A stretch of DNA of 64,000 nt from Candidatus Omnitrophota bacterium (GCA_015228785.1 JADGCU010000002.1:16509-80508); one strand, 5' to 3'; shown: positions 19,219 through 29,703, counted from the stretch's first letter. A program made the numbers and translations. Notes: generated by a model not told the origin, from the sequence alone.

Positions 19219-19565
19219 GTGAAATCATTGATGTGAAAGATGCGTTGGAGCGTGTTCAGGATGACAAAGATCTTTTGTTGGAATTGTTTGATATTTTCCA
19301 GGAAGACTTTCCGGGGAAGCGCAATGCATTTCGGCAGGCCATGGAGATGGGGAATGTGGTGACGTTTCAACAGATCGCTCATGGGTTAAAAGGGGCAACA
19401 GGCAATATTTCGGCGAAGCAGATGCACGAGAATTGTACAGAGCTTGATCGTTTAGGGAAAAACAGCAATCTTGCGGGAGCGAAGGAGCGGCTTGATCTTT
19501 TGGATAAGCAGTATGGCGAGTTTCAGGCAGAAGCCTTGCGCCTTAAGAAAGAGTTCGGGAAATAA
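19215..19565 (+). CDS. Hpt (histidine phosphotransfer) domain protein
   Basis: AHGLKGATGNI phosphotransfer motif. ATGA overlap with the kinase. Confidence 0.75.
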   Translation: MSEIIDVKDALERVQDDKDLLLELFDIFQEDFPGKRNAFRQAMEMGNVVTFQQIAHGLKGATGNISAKQMHENCTELDRLGKNSNLAGAKERLDLLDKQYGEFQAEALRLKKEFGK

Positions 19566-19588
19566 GGGGCTTTTTTGATTGTTATAGA

Positions 19589-19622
19589 ATGCCTCACAGA
19601 TCTCCTGTGGGGCATTTTTTTT
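19589..19622 (+). terminator. Rho-independent terminator
   Basis: Stem ATGCCTCACAG/CTGTGGGGCAT followed by T8. Confidence 0.6.
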
Positions 19623-19636
19623 CGAGGCATCTTTGT

Positions 19637-21430
19637 ATGAAGACATTTCTTCGGTCCAGGTGGCGTGTTCTATTCGTTTTGGCGCTCATAGGTTTTGCTG
19701 TTTATGCTAACGCGATAGGGAATCCTTTTGTTCATGATGATATTGTTTTTATTCAGCAAAATCCGAGTATTGGTCGTTGGGATGATATTGGGCTTGCTTT
19801 TATAAGACCCAGCATGTTGTCTGCTGAGGAAGCAATACGGGTTCCTTATTATCGACCTTTTCTCGAGGTTATTTATCGTCTTGAATTTTCTATCTTTGGA
19901 ATGAACCCGGCGGGGTTTCATTTCTTTAATATCGCGCTTCATATTCTTAATGCTTTTTTGGTATTTTTATTAGGGATTTCTTTGAGATTGCCGCGGGCAT
20001 GGTCGTTTTGTATTGCCCTAGTTTTTCTTGTTCATCCGTTACAGAGCGAGGCAGTCGCTTGTATTTCTGGTATATCTAATTTGATCACAACGGTCTTTTG
20101 TTTGGCAACGATGGTGTCTTATATGCGAGCGCGGGAGTCACTGCTTAAAGGCGCCGCACGATGGTCTTTTGTGACACCCATCTTTTTCTTTTTAGCGCTT
20201 TTTTCAAAAGAGCAGGCAGTTGCGGTTCCGTTTATTATTTTGGCTTATGAATTTCTATGGAGGAAGGGATTGTTTCAGTCATTCCTTCAATGGGTGCTGT
20301 TGGCCGTATTGTTTTGGATTTTAGCGGGATATCTGTTCTGGCGACAGGCGATGTTCCCGGGCATGATGAGCGGGGCGCTTCAGAATACAGGTGAGCTTCT
20401 TCTTCGTTTAGCCTCGATTCCCCGGACGGTCTTAGATTATCTGGGGATTATTTACTGGCCTTCGGACTTGCATTATTATCGTAGTGTCGATATCTTGTTG
20501 CCCAAAATTGTTCCAGCGCTTTTGTTTGTTTCTGTAGTTTCTTTGGTGATGACGGTTTGTTTGGTTCTTGTGGGTCGTCTTAGGCGTTGGGCTTGGCTTG
20601 GAGTGGCATGGTTCGCCGTTTCTCTTCTCCCGGTCTTGAATATTATTCCGCTTATTAATGAATACTCTTTTATTCTTACCGCAGAGCATTTCTTGTATTT
20701 ACCGCTTATTGGGGGTTTGATCTTTTCTGCTGCTGCTGTGGGGTGGGCCCATCGGACTTTGTATGGGGAGATTTCTCCTTTCGTGTGGCGGGGCATCTTT
20801 TTCATCATTCTCGTGATCTTCTCCGTGATGACCATCAGACAAAATTTTGTTTGGAGAGGGGAGATCCCGCTTTTTGAGAGGACGTTGGCTTTTGAGCCAG
20901 GGTTTGGACGTGTCCATCTGCTTTTGGCAAAGGCTTATGCTAAGGCGGGACGATTCCCTGAGGCGTTGGTGGAATACGCAAGGGGCTTGCGCATCATGGA
21001 GGATTATGTTAAAAAAGCGGGATTATCAAAGGCCCGGGATGTTTATTTGAATTACGTTCAGGAAGCTCATTTTGAACGAGGCGAGTGTTATCGGGCTATG
21101 GGGCGCTTGCGGGAATCTACCGAGGAATACCTTTGGGCACTTGGGATGAAGGCGCCTTCGGCATATGATGTGAGCAAGTGTACTAGCAGTGCGGCTAATA
21201 ATGTGGCGCTTAATTTTATTCGGACAGGAGACAGGGAGAGAGCCAGACGATTCTTTGAGCTGGCTATCAGGATTGATGCACATAGCGTTGAGGCCATGAA
21301 TAATCTTGGGATGTTCTTTTTGGAAGAAGGGCAGGCAGAGACAGCGATCTTTTGGTTTGAGCGAGCGATTAAAAGGGATCCGCTTTTTCATCCGGCTTGG
21401 GAAAACTTAAAACGTGTTCAGAATCTTTGA
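19637..21430 (+). CDS. TMTC/PMT-like polytopic membrane protein with C-terminal TPR repeats (DUF1736-like O-mannosyltransferase-like protein)
   Basis: N-terminal ~400-aa multi-TM region with a first-loop motif (FVHDDIVF). C-terminal TPR repeats. Start at internal ATG 19637, after the terminator. Confidence 0.65.
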   Translation: MKTFLRSRWRVLFVLALIGFAVYANAIGNPFVHDDIVFIQQNPSIGRWDDIGLAFIRPSMLSAEEAIRVPYYRPFLEVIYRLEFSIFGMNPAGFHFFNIALHILNAFLVFLLGISLRLPRAWSFCIALVFLVHPLQSEAVACISGISNLITTVFCLATMVSYMRARESLLKGAARWSFVTPIFFFLALFSKEQAVAVPFIILAYEFLWRKGLFQSFLQWVLLAVLFWILAGYLFWRQAMFPGMMSGALQNTGELLLRLASIPRTVLDYLGIIYWPSDLHYYRSVDILLPKIVPALLFVSVVSLVMTVCLVLVGRLRRWAWLGVAWFAVSLLPVLNIIPLINEYSFILTAEHFLYLPLIGGLIFSAAAVGWAHRTLYGEISPFVWRGIFFIILVIFSVMTIRQNFVWRGEIPLFERTLAFEPGFGRVHLLLAKAYAKAGRFPEALVEYARGLRIMEDYVKKAGLSKARDVYLNYVQEAHFERGECYRAMGRLRESTEEYLWALGMKAPSAYDVSKCTSSAANNVALNFIRTGDRERARRFFELAIRIDAHSVEAMNNLGMFFLEEGQAETAIFWFERAIKRDPLFHPAWENLKRVQNL

Positions 21431-21437
21431 GGTTCCT

Positions 21438-22286
21438 ATGATGATTTGGTTGATTGTCGCTTTTGCTTTAGCTGCGTTAGGAGTTCTTTTGTTCATTGTT
21501 CTTCAAATGCCCGACGCGGTTCAGAAGAAACGTAAGAAAAAGAATGAGCCGCCTCCTGAACCCGTTAAGGATTGGAAGACTATTGCCGAAAGGGTAGAGA
21601 AGCGTCTTCATGCGACCGAGCAAACCCTGAGCGGAACTCTTGATGAGCTAAAAGGTCGTGATAAGAAGATTGCGGAATTGAACAAGTCGGCCGGGGAGAT
21701 GAAAAAGCAGTTTGATCAGGAGAAGGTATGGCGCGAGAAGGGGGAGGCATTGGTTGCCAAGGAAAAGAAACAGGAGCGTCTCCTTCAGGAAGAGCTTGAA
21801 AAGACCCGCACGGATCTTAATACAGAATCAACTCAGCGCATCAAACAGGAGTATGAGCTCAAGGAGTTGCGCCTGGCTCGCGAAGAATTGACTTCGCAGG
21901 TGCGAAAGCTTTCCGCACAAGGCATGCAGCTGGAGCGTGCTATTATCGATGCTCTTACAGAAAATAAGAAGTTTAAGGAAGAGAATTTTGAACTTAAGAA
22001 GAAAAAAGAGGGTGAAGAGTGGATCGCCAAGTCAGATTACAGGCGGCTTGAAGGGGTTTTAAAGCGTTCTCGCTGGGAGGTGGAGCAGTTTAAGAAGAAG
22101 ATCTCTGTTGCTGAGTGGCCGAAGGCTTTGCAGCCCAAGAGGACGGCTTCACCGGAGGCTTCAACGCCTGCGCAAAAGTCTTCCGTTGGAGAAAGTTCAA
22201 GATCAGCCGTAGAACAGGATCCTTCATCCAAGAATACTTCCCGAACGCCGGAAATAGAGAACAATTCGCCAGCACAAGGAGCTTGA
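21438..22286 (+). CDS. Membrane-anchored coiled-coil protein with a low-complexity S/T/P-rich tail
   Basis: N-terminal TM helix, then long heptad-like charged repeats. Confidence 0.45.
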   Translation: MMIWLIVAFALAALGVLLFIVLQMPDAVQKKRKKKNEPPPEPVKDWKTIAERVEKRLHATEQTLSGTLDELKGRDKKIAELNKSAGEMKKQFDQEKVWREKGEALVAKEKKQERLLQEELEKTRTDLNTESTQRIKQEYELKELRLAREELTSQVRKLSAQGMQLERAIIDALTENKKFKEENFELKKKKEGEEWIAKSDYRRLEGVLKRSRWEVEQFKKKISVAEWPKALQPKRTASPEASTPAQKSSVGESSRSAVEQDPSSKNTSRTPEIENNSPAQGA

Positions 22287-22288
22287 CC

Positions 22289-23317
22289 ATGCCTTTTGGG
22301 TACAGACAACGGATCCCCGATGCGGATGAAATTTTACAACAACTGCCCGTGAGCCCCAGACTTTTGGAAGTTAAGAAGAAGCGCGATCAGGAAATTATTG
22401 ATATTATTACAGGAAAGAGCACAAAGTTTCTTCTTGTGATCGGGCCATGCTCGGCTGACAATGAAGATGCGGTATGTGAGTATGTTTCTCTTCTTTCCAA
22501 GCTGCAGGACAGGGTGAAAGAGCGGCTCGTGCTTTTACCGCGGATCTATACTAATAAACCCCGCACGACCGGTATTGGTTATAAGGGGATGGCCCATCAG
22601 CCTGATCCTAATGAGGATCCTAATATTGTTGAGGGGATCCTGGCGATCAGGCGGATGCATATTCGGGCTTTGGGTGAGTCGGGGTTAAGCGCTTCTGATG
22701 AAATGCTTTATCCTGGGAATTATCCCTATTTGGAAGATCTTTTGAGTTATGTGGCGATCGGTGCGCGTTCTGTTGAGAACCAGGAGCATCGTCTGACGGT
22801 GAGCGGTCTTGATATTCCGGTGGGGATGAAGAATCCAATGAGTGGGGACATGACGGTTGTTATTAATTCTGTTCGTGCGGCCCAATCGCCACACATTTTT
22901 GCTTACAAGGGGTGGGAAGTGGATACGCCAGGGAATCCTTATATACATGCGATCCTTCGCGGGGCCGTGACGCCGTTTGGGCGTAGTATTCCTAATTATC
23001 ATTACGAAGACATTGCGCATCTTCGAAAGATTTATCAGGATTCGGGGCTTTTGAATCCTTCCGTGATCGTGGATGTTAGCCATTCGAATTCTGATCGGAA
23101 ATTTCAGGAACAGCCGCGAGTGGCGTATGAGGTTATGAACAGCCGTAAATATTCCGCTGAGATCAAGGATTTCGTCAAAGGTCTTATGATCGAGAGCTAT
23201 CTTGTCGAAGGTAAACAGGAACCTTCGGAGCAGGTGTATGGCAAGTCGATCACAGATGCCTGTCTCGGGTGGGCGACCTCGGAAACGTTGGTTCTTAAGA
23301 TCGCGGATATGGTGTAG
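22289..23317 (+). CDS. aroG: 3-deoxy-7-phosphoheptulonate (DAHP) synthase, class I alpha
   Basis: LLVIGPCS and KPRT motifs with full-length similarity. ATG at 22289, 2 nt after the upstream stop. Confidence 0.85.
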   Translation: MPFGYRQRIPDADEILQQLPVSPRLLEVKKKRDQEIIDIITGKSTKFLLVIGPCSADNEDAVCEYVSLLSKLQDRVKERLVLLPRIYTNKPRTTGIGYKGMAHQPDPNEDPNIVEGILAIRRMHIRALGESGLSASDEMLYPGNYPYLEDLLSYVAIGARSVENQEHRLTVSGLDIPVGMKNPMSGDMTVVINSVRAAQSPHIFAYKGWEVDTPGNPYIHAILRGAVTPFGRSIPNYHYEDIAHLRKIYQDSGLLNPSVIVDVSHSNSDRKFQEQPRVAYEVMNSRKYSAEIKDFVKGLMIESYLVEGKQEPSEQVYGKSITDACLGWATSETLVLKIADMV

Positions 23318-23448
23318 TGTGTTTGTAAGGATAGGACCGTGTCTGGGACAAATGGTATAGAGGTACTTTTATGGTTAATAGGTTTTATGATCTATGATTT
23401 AACCTGAGAGTTTTTGAGAGATTAAACCGTTAGGGAAGGGAGATTTTT

Positions 23449-23940
23449 ATGATTTCAAAAAAGGTTGCTAAATTGATCAATCAGCAGATCGCGATCGAGG
23501 CAGAATCAGCCGCGATTTATTTGGCCATGGCTACATGGGCGGAGCACAATGCCTTTCGCGGCACCGCTTCTTTTATGTTCAAGCAGGCGGAGGAAGAACG
23601 TATTCATATGCACAAGTTTATTCATTTTCTTGCGGAAGTTGGCGAGCATGCTCAGATCGATGGGATGAAGGCGCCGAAGGCCAGTTACAAGGATATTCAG
23701 GAGGTTTTTGAGGCGTCGTTGGCGCATGAAAGACAGGTCACAGCCGCGATTAATAATATGATGACTGTTGCTCGCGCAGAGAATGATTATGCGGTTACTA
23801 GCTTCCTTAAGTGGTTCATCGATGAGCAGGTTGAGGAAGAGGCTGTCGCGCAACAGGCTTTAGATATTGTTAAAATGGCTGGTAAGGTGAGTCTTTATCT
23901 TGCGGATAAAGAAATTGGTGCCATGAAGGGCGGCAAGTAA
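23449..23940 (+). CDS. ftnA: Non-haem ferritin
   Basis: Four-helix-bundle ferroxidase residues (E…EExH…E…QxxEE). Confidence 0.8.
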   Translation: MISKKVAKLINQQIAIEAESAAIYLAMATWAEHNAFRGTASFMFKQAEEERIHMHKFIHFLAEVGEHAQIDGMKAPKASYKDIQEVFEASLAHERQVTAAINNMMTVARAENDYAVTSFLKWFIDEQVEEEAVAQQALDIVKMAGKVSLYLADKEIGAMKGGK

Positions 23941-23960
23941 ACATTGTTGTGATGGGAGAA

Positions 23961-23995
23961 ACAGGCTGTTCTTGTAAGAGGGCAGTCTGTTTTTA
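23961..23995 (+). terminator. Rho-independent terminator
   Basis: Stem ACAGGCTG/CAGTCTGT followed by TTTT. Confidence 0.45.
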
Positions 23996-23998
23996 TTT

Positions 23999-25180
23999 AT
24001 GGCATATTTTTCACGTCGTACAAATTGGGATTTGGGAGAGAGCGTCCTTTCTCGGACACTGGAGGCCATGCGTGCGCAGGGCTCGCCATTTTTCGATCTT
24101 ACGGAATCGAATCCTACTCGTTGTGGGTTTTCCTATCCAGAAGAGCGTTTTCTCACGCCGTTGTCTTCGAAAGAAATCCTGACCTATGCGCCAATGTCCA
24201 AGGGAATGCCGGCGGCACGGGAGGCGTTGGTTCAGTATTATGCCAGGAAGGCGGTTTCTCTTTCATTAGAAGAGATTGTTTTAACCTCAAGCACATCAGA
24301 GGCGTATTCATTTCTTTTTCGTCTTTTGATGGAACCGGGGGACAAGGTCCTTATTCCTGCCCCCAGTTATCCGCTTTTTTCATATCTCGCGGATATTAAC
24401 GATGTGGTGGTTGATCATTATTTCCTTCGTTTGGAAGAAGGTCGCTGGCGAATTAATCTGGAATCTATTGAACAGGCCCTTGATAAGAAGACGCGAGCCA
24501 TTGTCTTGGTCAGTCCTAACAATCCCACAGGATCATTTATTAAGCAAGATGAGCTTGCGGCGCTCAATTGTCTGTGCGCGGCGCATAATTGCGCTCTTAT
24601 TTCCGATGAAGTTTTTGCTGATTATATTTTTCCCGGGCAGGAGAAAGAGTTTGTGTCGATAGCCGGGAATGCGGATGTTCTTTCTTTTGCGTTAGGTGGT
24701 ATCTCCAAGGCTCTTGCGCTTCCGCAGATGAAGCTTTCCTGGATCGCGGCTAATGGTCCTTGTAAAGTTCTTGCGGAGGCTCTTGAAAGGATCGAGGTTA
24801 TTGCGGATACATATCTTTCTGTCAATACACCGGTCCAGCATGCGGCGGCGATGTGGCTGCGTCATATGGGACCGATCCGTGATCAGGTGATGGCTCGGGT
24901 TGTTGGGAATTATGAACTATTGCGGCGTATGGCACATGAGAGTGGTTGTGCCGAATGTCTTCCTGTTGAGGGCGGATGGTATGCGATTCTTCATGTTCCT
25001 TCGCTTAAAGGTGATGAATCGTGGGCGATCAGGCTTCTTAAGGAGGCCGGTGTTTATGTTCATCCCGGGTTCTTTTTTGATTTTCAGGATGAAGAGCATG
25101 TGATCATAAGTCTTCTTCCGCAACATGTTATTTTCGAGAGTGGGGTTGGGCAACTTCTTCGTTTTTTAAAAGGCACTTAG
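23999..25180 (+). CDS. PLP-dependent aminotransferase, class I/II
   Basis: Fold-type I pattern. The motif VLVSPNNPTGS and a downstream lysine region are present. Confidence 0.75.
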   Translation: MAYFSRRTNWDLGESVLSRTLEAMRAQGSPFFDLTESNPTRCGFSYPEERFLTPLSSKEILTYAPMSKGMPAAREALVQYYARKAVSLSLEEIVLTSSTSEAYSFLFRLLMEPGDKVLIPAPSYPLFSYLADINDVVVDHYFLRLEEGRWRINLESIEQALDKKTRAIVLVSPNNPTGSFIKQDELAALNCLCAAHNCALISDEVFADYIFPGQEKEFVSIAGNADVLSFALGGISKALALPQMKLSWIAANGPCKVLAEALERIEVIADTYLSVNTPVQHAAAMWLRHMGPIRDQVMARVVGNYELLRRMAHESGCAECLPVEGGWYAILHVPSLKGDESWAIRLLKEAGVYVHPGFFFDFQDEEHVIISLLPQHVIFESGVGQLLRFLKGT

Positions 25181-25186
25181 CATGTA

Positions 25187-25214
25187 TTGCAAAAGTCAGT
25201 TTCTTTGCTAATAT
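25187..25214 (+). promoter_or_regulatory. Sigma70-like promoter TTGCAA-N16-TAATAT
   Basis: Lies upstream of the dCMP deaminase gene. Confidence 0.4.
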
Positions 25215-25262
25215 GGGGATGTTTTAAACAATCTTTTATAACTCTTTTAAAAGAGGTGGATT

Positions 25263-25736
25263 ATGGCGAGACCGAGTTGGGATGAATATTTTCTGAAATT
25301 AGCGATGTTGGCTTCAGAGCGGGCTACGTGTCCGCGGATGCATTGCGGATGTGTTTTGGTTAAAGATCGGGAGGTGATTGCGACCGGATATAATGGATCG
25401 ATCCCCGGAGATGCGCATTGCGAGGATGTGGGGTGTCTTGTTGTTGACAATCATTGTGTTCGAACCAATCATGCGGAGATGAACGCCCTCGTTCAAGCCG
25501 CCAAGAAGGGGCATATTGTTGATGGGGCTACAAGTTATGTTACCAATATGCCTTGCACGACGTGTGCCAAGGCTTTGATCGCGGCGGGTGTAAAGAGGGT
25601 CGTTGTTTTTTCGGATTATCATAGTACGCTCGCGACAGATTTCTTTGCCAAGGCTCAGGTTCGGATCGACAAGATTCCCATGCCTGCCAAAGATATCAAT
25701 TACGATCTTGATAGCTATAGTTCTGCTCGGAAATAG
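25263..25736 (+). CDS. dCMP deaminase (CMP/dCMP deaminase zinc-binding family)
   Basis: HAEMNA and PCTTCA zinc-binding motifs. Confidence 0.8.
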   Translation: MARPSWDEYFLKLAMLASERATCPRMHCGCVLVKDREVIATGYNGSIPGDAHCEDVGCLVVDNHCVRTNHAEMNALVQAAKKGHIVDGATSYVTNMPCTTCAKALIAAGVKRVVVFSDYHSTLATDFFAKAQVRIDKIPMPAKDINYDLDSYSSARK

Positions 25737-25772
25737 TTCGGCGGAAAAAGAGAAGTACTGAAAAGGCATTTT

Positions 25773-26975
25773 ATGGCAATCCTTAAGGTTCACAAAGATC
25801 TTATTGTGGATGGACACAGTCCAGTTCGTCTGAAGGGGGTTAACCTCGGCGGGTGGCTGATGCCTGAGGGATATATTATGCATGCCCCTAATTGGGGGTA
25901 TCAGTTTTTTCGAAAGAAATTCATTAAGGCGATGGGCAACAAAGCGCTGGTGGAGCTTGAGCGGGCCTTTCGCGATAATTATATTCAGGAGGATGATTTC
26001 CGCCGCATTCGTTCCTTTGGGTTTAATTCTATTCGACTCCCGTTCCATTATGGGCTTGTTGAGACAAAGCCTTTTCAGTATTCCCAGGAAGGTGTGGGAT
26101 ATTTAGATCGTGCCATTTGTTGGGCGAAGAAGAATGATCTTCGTATCATTCTTGATATGCACGCGGCTCCTGGTGCGCAGAACTGTGATTGGCATGGGGA
26201 TTCTGATGGAAGAGCTCTTTTCTGGACAAAAAAGAGTTATCAAGATCGGGCTGCGGCGTTGTGGGGGTTTTTGGCAGATCGTTATAAAGATGAAGAGACC
26301 TTGGCGGGGTATGATTTGTTAAATGAGACGGTCTTGGAAGATCCCCGTCTTATGATTCGTTATTATCAGCAGGCCATTAAGGCCATTCGCGCGGTGGACA
26401 GGAAGCATATTGTTTTTGTTGAGGGGAATCGCTGGGCTCAGGAGATTACTTGTTTGGATGATATTTCGGATGACAATCTTGTTCTCGGCATTCATTTCTA
26501 TGAGCCGCTCGAGTTCACAGCTCTTCTTATTCCAGATCTTACATATCCTTTTAAAGGCGCAAAACCCTGGGGAAGCGCCATGATGCGTAAGCGTTTGGAA
26601 ATTGCGCGAAAGACCGCAGATCGTGCTGGGCGTCCCCTGTGGTGTGGGGAATTTGGGGTTCACAATGCTAATGGGCGCTTAGGTGAGGATCGTTGGGTTG
26701 CTGATATCCTGAGGCATTTTAAGGAGCTTGATATTCATTGGCATTATTGGACATGGAAGGCGATCAAGAATCATATGCTGCCGGATGGTGTTTATAGTTA
26801 TTTCCCTAATGATCCGTGGGTCAACCGTCTGGGGCCATTGACGGGATGGGAGACCTGGCACTTACATTGGAAAGATAACAAAAAGGCCATGTCTGCCTCA
26901 TGGAGAACAGAAGCATTTCAGGAAAACAAGAAGATCGGTCAAGTGTTACGACATGCCTCTCGAAAAGATCAGTAG
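25773..26975 (+). CDS. Glycoside hydrolase family 5 (cellulase / beta-1,3-glucanase-like)
   Basis: GH5 catalytic acid context LLNET and nucleophile CGEFG. Confidence 0.7.
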   Translation: MAILKVHKDLIVDGHSPVRLKGVNLGGWLMPEGYIMHAPNWGYQFFRKKFIKAMGNKALVELERAFRDNYIQEDDFRRIRSFGFNSIRLPFHYGLVETKPFQYSQEGVGYLDRAICWAKKNDLRIILDMHAAPGAQNCDWHGDSDGRALFWTKKSYQDRAAALWGFLADRYKDEETLAGYDLLNETVLEDPRLMIRYYQQAIKAIRAVDRKHIVFVEGNRWAQEITCLDDISDDNLVLGIHFYEPLEFTALLIPDLTYPFKGAKPWGSAMMRKRLEIARKTADRAGRPLWCGEFGVHNANGRLGEDRWVADILRHFKELDIHWHYWTWKAIKNHMLPDGVYSYFPNDPWVNRLGPLTGWETWHLHWKDNKKAMSASWRTEAFQENKKIGQVLRHASRKDQ

Positions 26976-27753
26976 TCCGCAGAATCCCGGTGTTAAACGT
27001 GTCATGAGATTGCGCTCGAAGAAGGGGCGTGATGCTAAGAATTTGACGATCGTGGAAGGTGTGCGTGAGGTCCGGCAGGCTTTGGCCGCGGGCTTTCGTT
27101 TTTCTGCTGTTTATGTTTGCCGTGAAGGTGTTTATCATTGTCCTTCGGAGATCGTCCAGGAACTTGAGGCTGCCAAGATCAAGGTATTTGATACCGCGTG
27201 CACGGTTTATGACAAGATCGCCTATGGTGACCGTATCGAGGGGGTGCTCGCTTTGGTCGAACCACCGGAGATCGGGCTTTCGGATCTTTCGTTGGGGGCC
27301 AATCCTTTTTTGATAGTATTAGAGAGAGTGGAAAAGCCAGGAAATTTAGGCGCAATTTTGCGTACCGCGGATGCGGCGGGCGTTGATGCGCTCATTGTCT
27401 GTGATGAGCTTTGTGATATTCATAATCCCAATGTGATTCGAGCGAGTTTGGGAGCGATCTTTGCCGTTCCAACGGTTTCTTGTACAAGTCAGGAGGCCCT
27501 TTCTTTTTTTCGCACGCGCGGGATCAAGATCGTTGCGGCCGTTGTTCAGGCAACAGAAAGTCTTTTTTCTAAAGATCTGACCGGGCCTTGTGCTGTTGTT
27601 TTGGGCAGTGAACAGGATGGATTAAGCGACCTGTGGGTTAAGAATGCTGATATTAAATTACGTATTCCCATGAAAGGAAAAGTGGATTCTCTCAACGTTT
27701 CTGTCTCCGCCGCAGTGATGGTCTACGAGGCACTCCGCCAGCGCAGCCTATGA
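26953..27753 (+). CDS. TrmH/SpoU-family RNA 2'-O-methyltransferase
   Basis: SpoU motifs EKPGNLGAILRT and VVLGSEQDGL. Overlaps the upstream gene by 23 nt. Confidence 0.75.
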   Translation: MPLEKISSPQNPGVKRVMRLRSKKGRDAKNLTIVEGVREVRQALAAGFRFSAVYVCREGVYHCPSEIVQELEAAKIKVFDTACTVYDKIAYGDRIEGVLALVEPPEIGLSDLSLGANPFLIVLERVEKPGNLGAILRTADAAGVDALIVCDELCDIHNPNVIRASLGAIFAVPTVSCTSQEALSFFRTRGIKIVAAVVQATESLFSKDLTGPCAVVLGSEQDGLSDLWVKNADIKLRIPMKGKVDSLNVSVSAAVMVYEALRQRSL

Positions 27754-29702
27754 TTACCCTTACCAATGTTTCTAAGAACTTCGATGAGCGCATGCTTTTG
27801 GATAATGTGTCTTTGAGCATTTTTCCTAACGAGCGGATTGGCCTGACGGGTCCTAATGGAGCCGGCAAGACCACGATGTTTCATTTGATTCTCCGTGATA
27901 TGGAGCCAACGGATGGCGCTATCTCGATCCAGAAGGGTATTAAGATCGGCTATTTGCCGCAGGAGGCACATTTTGATTCCCAGCGGACCGTTATGGAGGA
28001 GGTTACATCTGGGGATGCGGAGATCCAGCGTCTGTTGGATGAGAAGCATACGATCGAGGAGGAAAATCGTGCGGGTGAGGCGCGTTATGGAGATATTCTA
28101 GAGCGTTTGGAAGCGCTCGGGATTTATGAACTTGAGCATCGCGCTGAGAAGATCCTGTCGGGTCTTGGATTTAAGGAGAATGAATTTCATAAGCCGATTA
28201 CGCAGCTTTCCGGTGGATGGCAGATGCGCACACTTTTGGCAAAGCTGCTGACGTATCAGTATGATCTTCTCTTGCTCGATGAGCCGACGAATTATCTCGA
28301 TCTTTCCGCGACGTTATGGCTTAAGGACTTTTTGGCAAATTATCCTGGAAGTTTTGTGATCATTTCGCATGATAAGATTTTTTTGAGGGATGTCACGAAT
28401 TATACGATTGTTCTTGAGAATGGGAAGATGGCCAAGGTCAAAGGGAATTATGAGGCGTATGAGGAGCAAAAGGATCTGGAGGCAAAGTCTCTCGAAAAGC
28501 AGCAGAAGGTGATTGAGAAGAAGAAGGATCAGTTGGAGCGATTTACGACCAGGTTTCATGCTCAGCCCAATCGGGCTTCGGCTGTTCAGAATAAAATGAA
28601 GATGTTGGAGAAACTTGAGGATCAGACGGTAGATCTGCCGCGTACCAAGATCAGCATCCGGGATTTCGAATTTCCTAAGACGACAGAGAGCGGCTATACA
28701 GTTTTAAATCTTGAGAACGTGAAGAAGGCTTACGCGGACAAGGTGATCTACACTGATTTGAATTTCGAGATCGTGAAGGGGCAGAAGGTTTGTTTGGTCG
28801 GTGAGAATGGTGCTGGTAAGTCGACGCTGTTAAAGATTCTCGCGGATGTGATTCCCTTTGACGGCGGTAAGCGCAAGCTTGGCTATGGTGTCAAGATGGG
28901 GTATTTTTCTCAAACACGTTTGGATGTTCTGAATCCGAGTCGGACTGTTTATGAGGAGCTCATGTCAGCGGTTACTGGGAGTTATCCGCAAACGCAAGCG
29001 CGCAATCTTTTAGGCATGTTTAATTATCACGGGGATGATGTATTTAAGTATGTTTCAATTCTTTCAGGTGGCGAGAAGAGTCGGTTGATTCTGGCTAAAC
29101 TCCTTATTAATCCGCCGAACTTCCTTTTGCTTGATGAGCCGACGACACATTTAGACGTGGCAGGGGTCGAAGCGCTTGTTAAGGCCCTTAAAGGTTATCA
29201 GGGGACGCTATGTTTCATCAGCCATGACCTTTTCTTTATCCGGGAGATAGCTAACCATATTGTTGAGGTCGACAATGGGGTGTTGCGCGAGTATCCTGGC
29301 GGCCTGGATTATTATCTGGAAAAGAAGCAGGGTCGTATGGCGGCGGATGAAGAGATGAGGAAGGCGGCGGCACGCAGGGCTTCTGAAGAGCAGAAGAAAG
29401 TGCGGCGTTCGCAGGAGAATGAACCGGAACATTTGCGGCAGGCGCGCGACAAGCACGAACAGGCGCTCAAGCGCGTTCAGCAGATCAAGAATGAGATCAA
29501 GAATCTAGAGAAAGAAGAAAAAGAGCTTGAGACGGAAACGTATATTAAGTCACGTGTGATGAATACGTCTTTCAGTGGGCGTGACCGCAGTGATATGGCT
29601 GAATGCGGGCGCAGGCTTAAGGAGATTCAGGTTCGTTTACGTGAGATCGAGGCAACACGTAAGAAATTGATTGAAGAGCGAGACCGAATCAATCAGGGGT
29701 AA
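27750..29702 (+). CDS. ABC-F family ATPase (Uup-like)
   Basis: Two ABC cassettes, each with Walker A and an LSGG signature, and a C-terminal coiled-coil. ATGA overlap with the upstream gene. Confidence 0.85.
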   Translation: MITLTNVSKNFDERMLLDNVSLSIFPNERIGLTGPNGAGKTTMFHLILRDMEPTDGAISIQKGIKIGYLPQEAHFDSQRTVMEEVTSGDAEIQRLLDEKHTIEEENRAGEARYGDILERLEALGIYELEHRAEKILSGLGFKENEFHKPITQLSGGWQMRTLLAKLLTYQYDLLLLDEPTNYLDLSATLWLKDFLANYPGSFVIISHDKIFLRDVTNYTIVLENGKMAKVKGNYEAYEEQKDLEAKSLEKQQKVIEKKKDQLERFTTRFHAQPNRASAVQNKMKMLEKLEDQTVDLPRTKISIRDFEFPKTTESGYTVLNLENVKKAYADKVIYTDLNFEIVKGQKVCLVGENGAGKSTLLKILADVIPFDGGKRKLGYGVKMGYFSQTRLDVLNPSRTVYEELMSAVTGSYPQTQARNLLGMFNYHGDDVFKYVSILSGGEKSRLILAKLLINPPNFLLLDEPTTHLDVAGVEALVKALKGYQGTLCFISHDLFFIREIANHIVEVDNGVLREYPGGLDYYLEKKQGRMAADEEMRKAAARRASEEQKKVRRSQENEPEHLRQARDKHEQALKRVQQIKNEIKNLEKEEKELETETYIKSRVMNTSFSGRDRSDMAECGRRLKEIQVRLREIEATRKKLIEERDRINQG

Positions 29703-29703
29703 T

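Noticed and set aside
23318-23448. Possible Fur/PerR box upstream of ferritin (ATGATCTATGAT; GGTTAA…TTAACC inverted repeat).
   Set aside because: The match to the Fur consensus (GATAATGATAATCATTATC) is poor, so I did not call it. The weak inverted repeat alone is not diagnostic.
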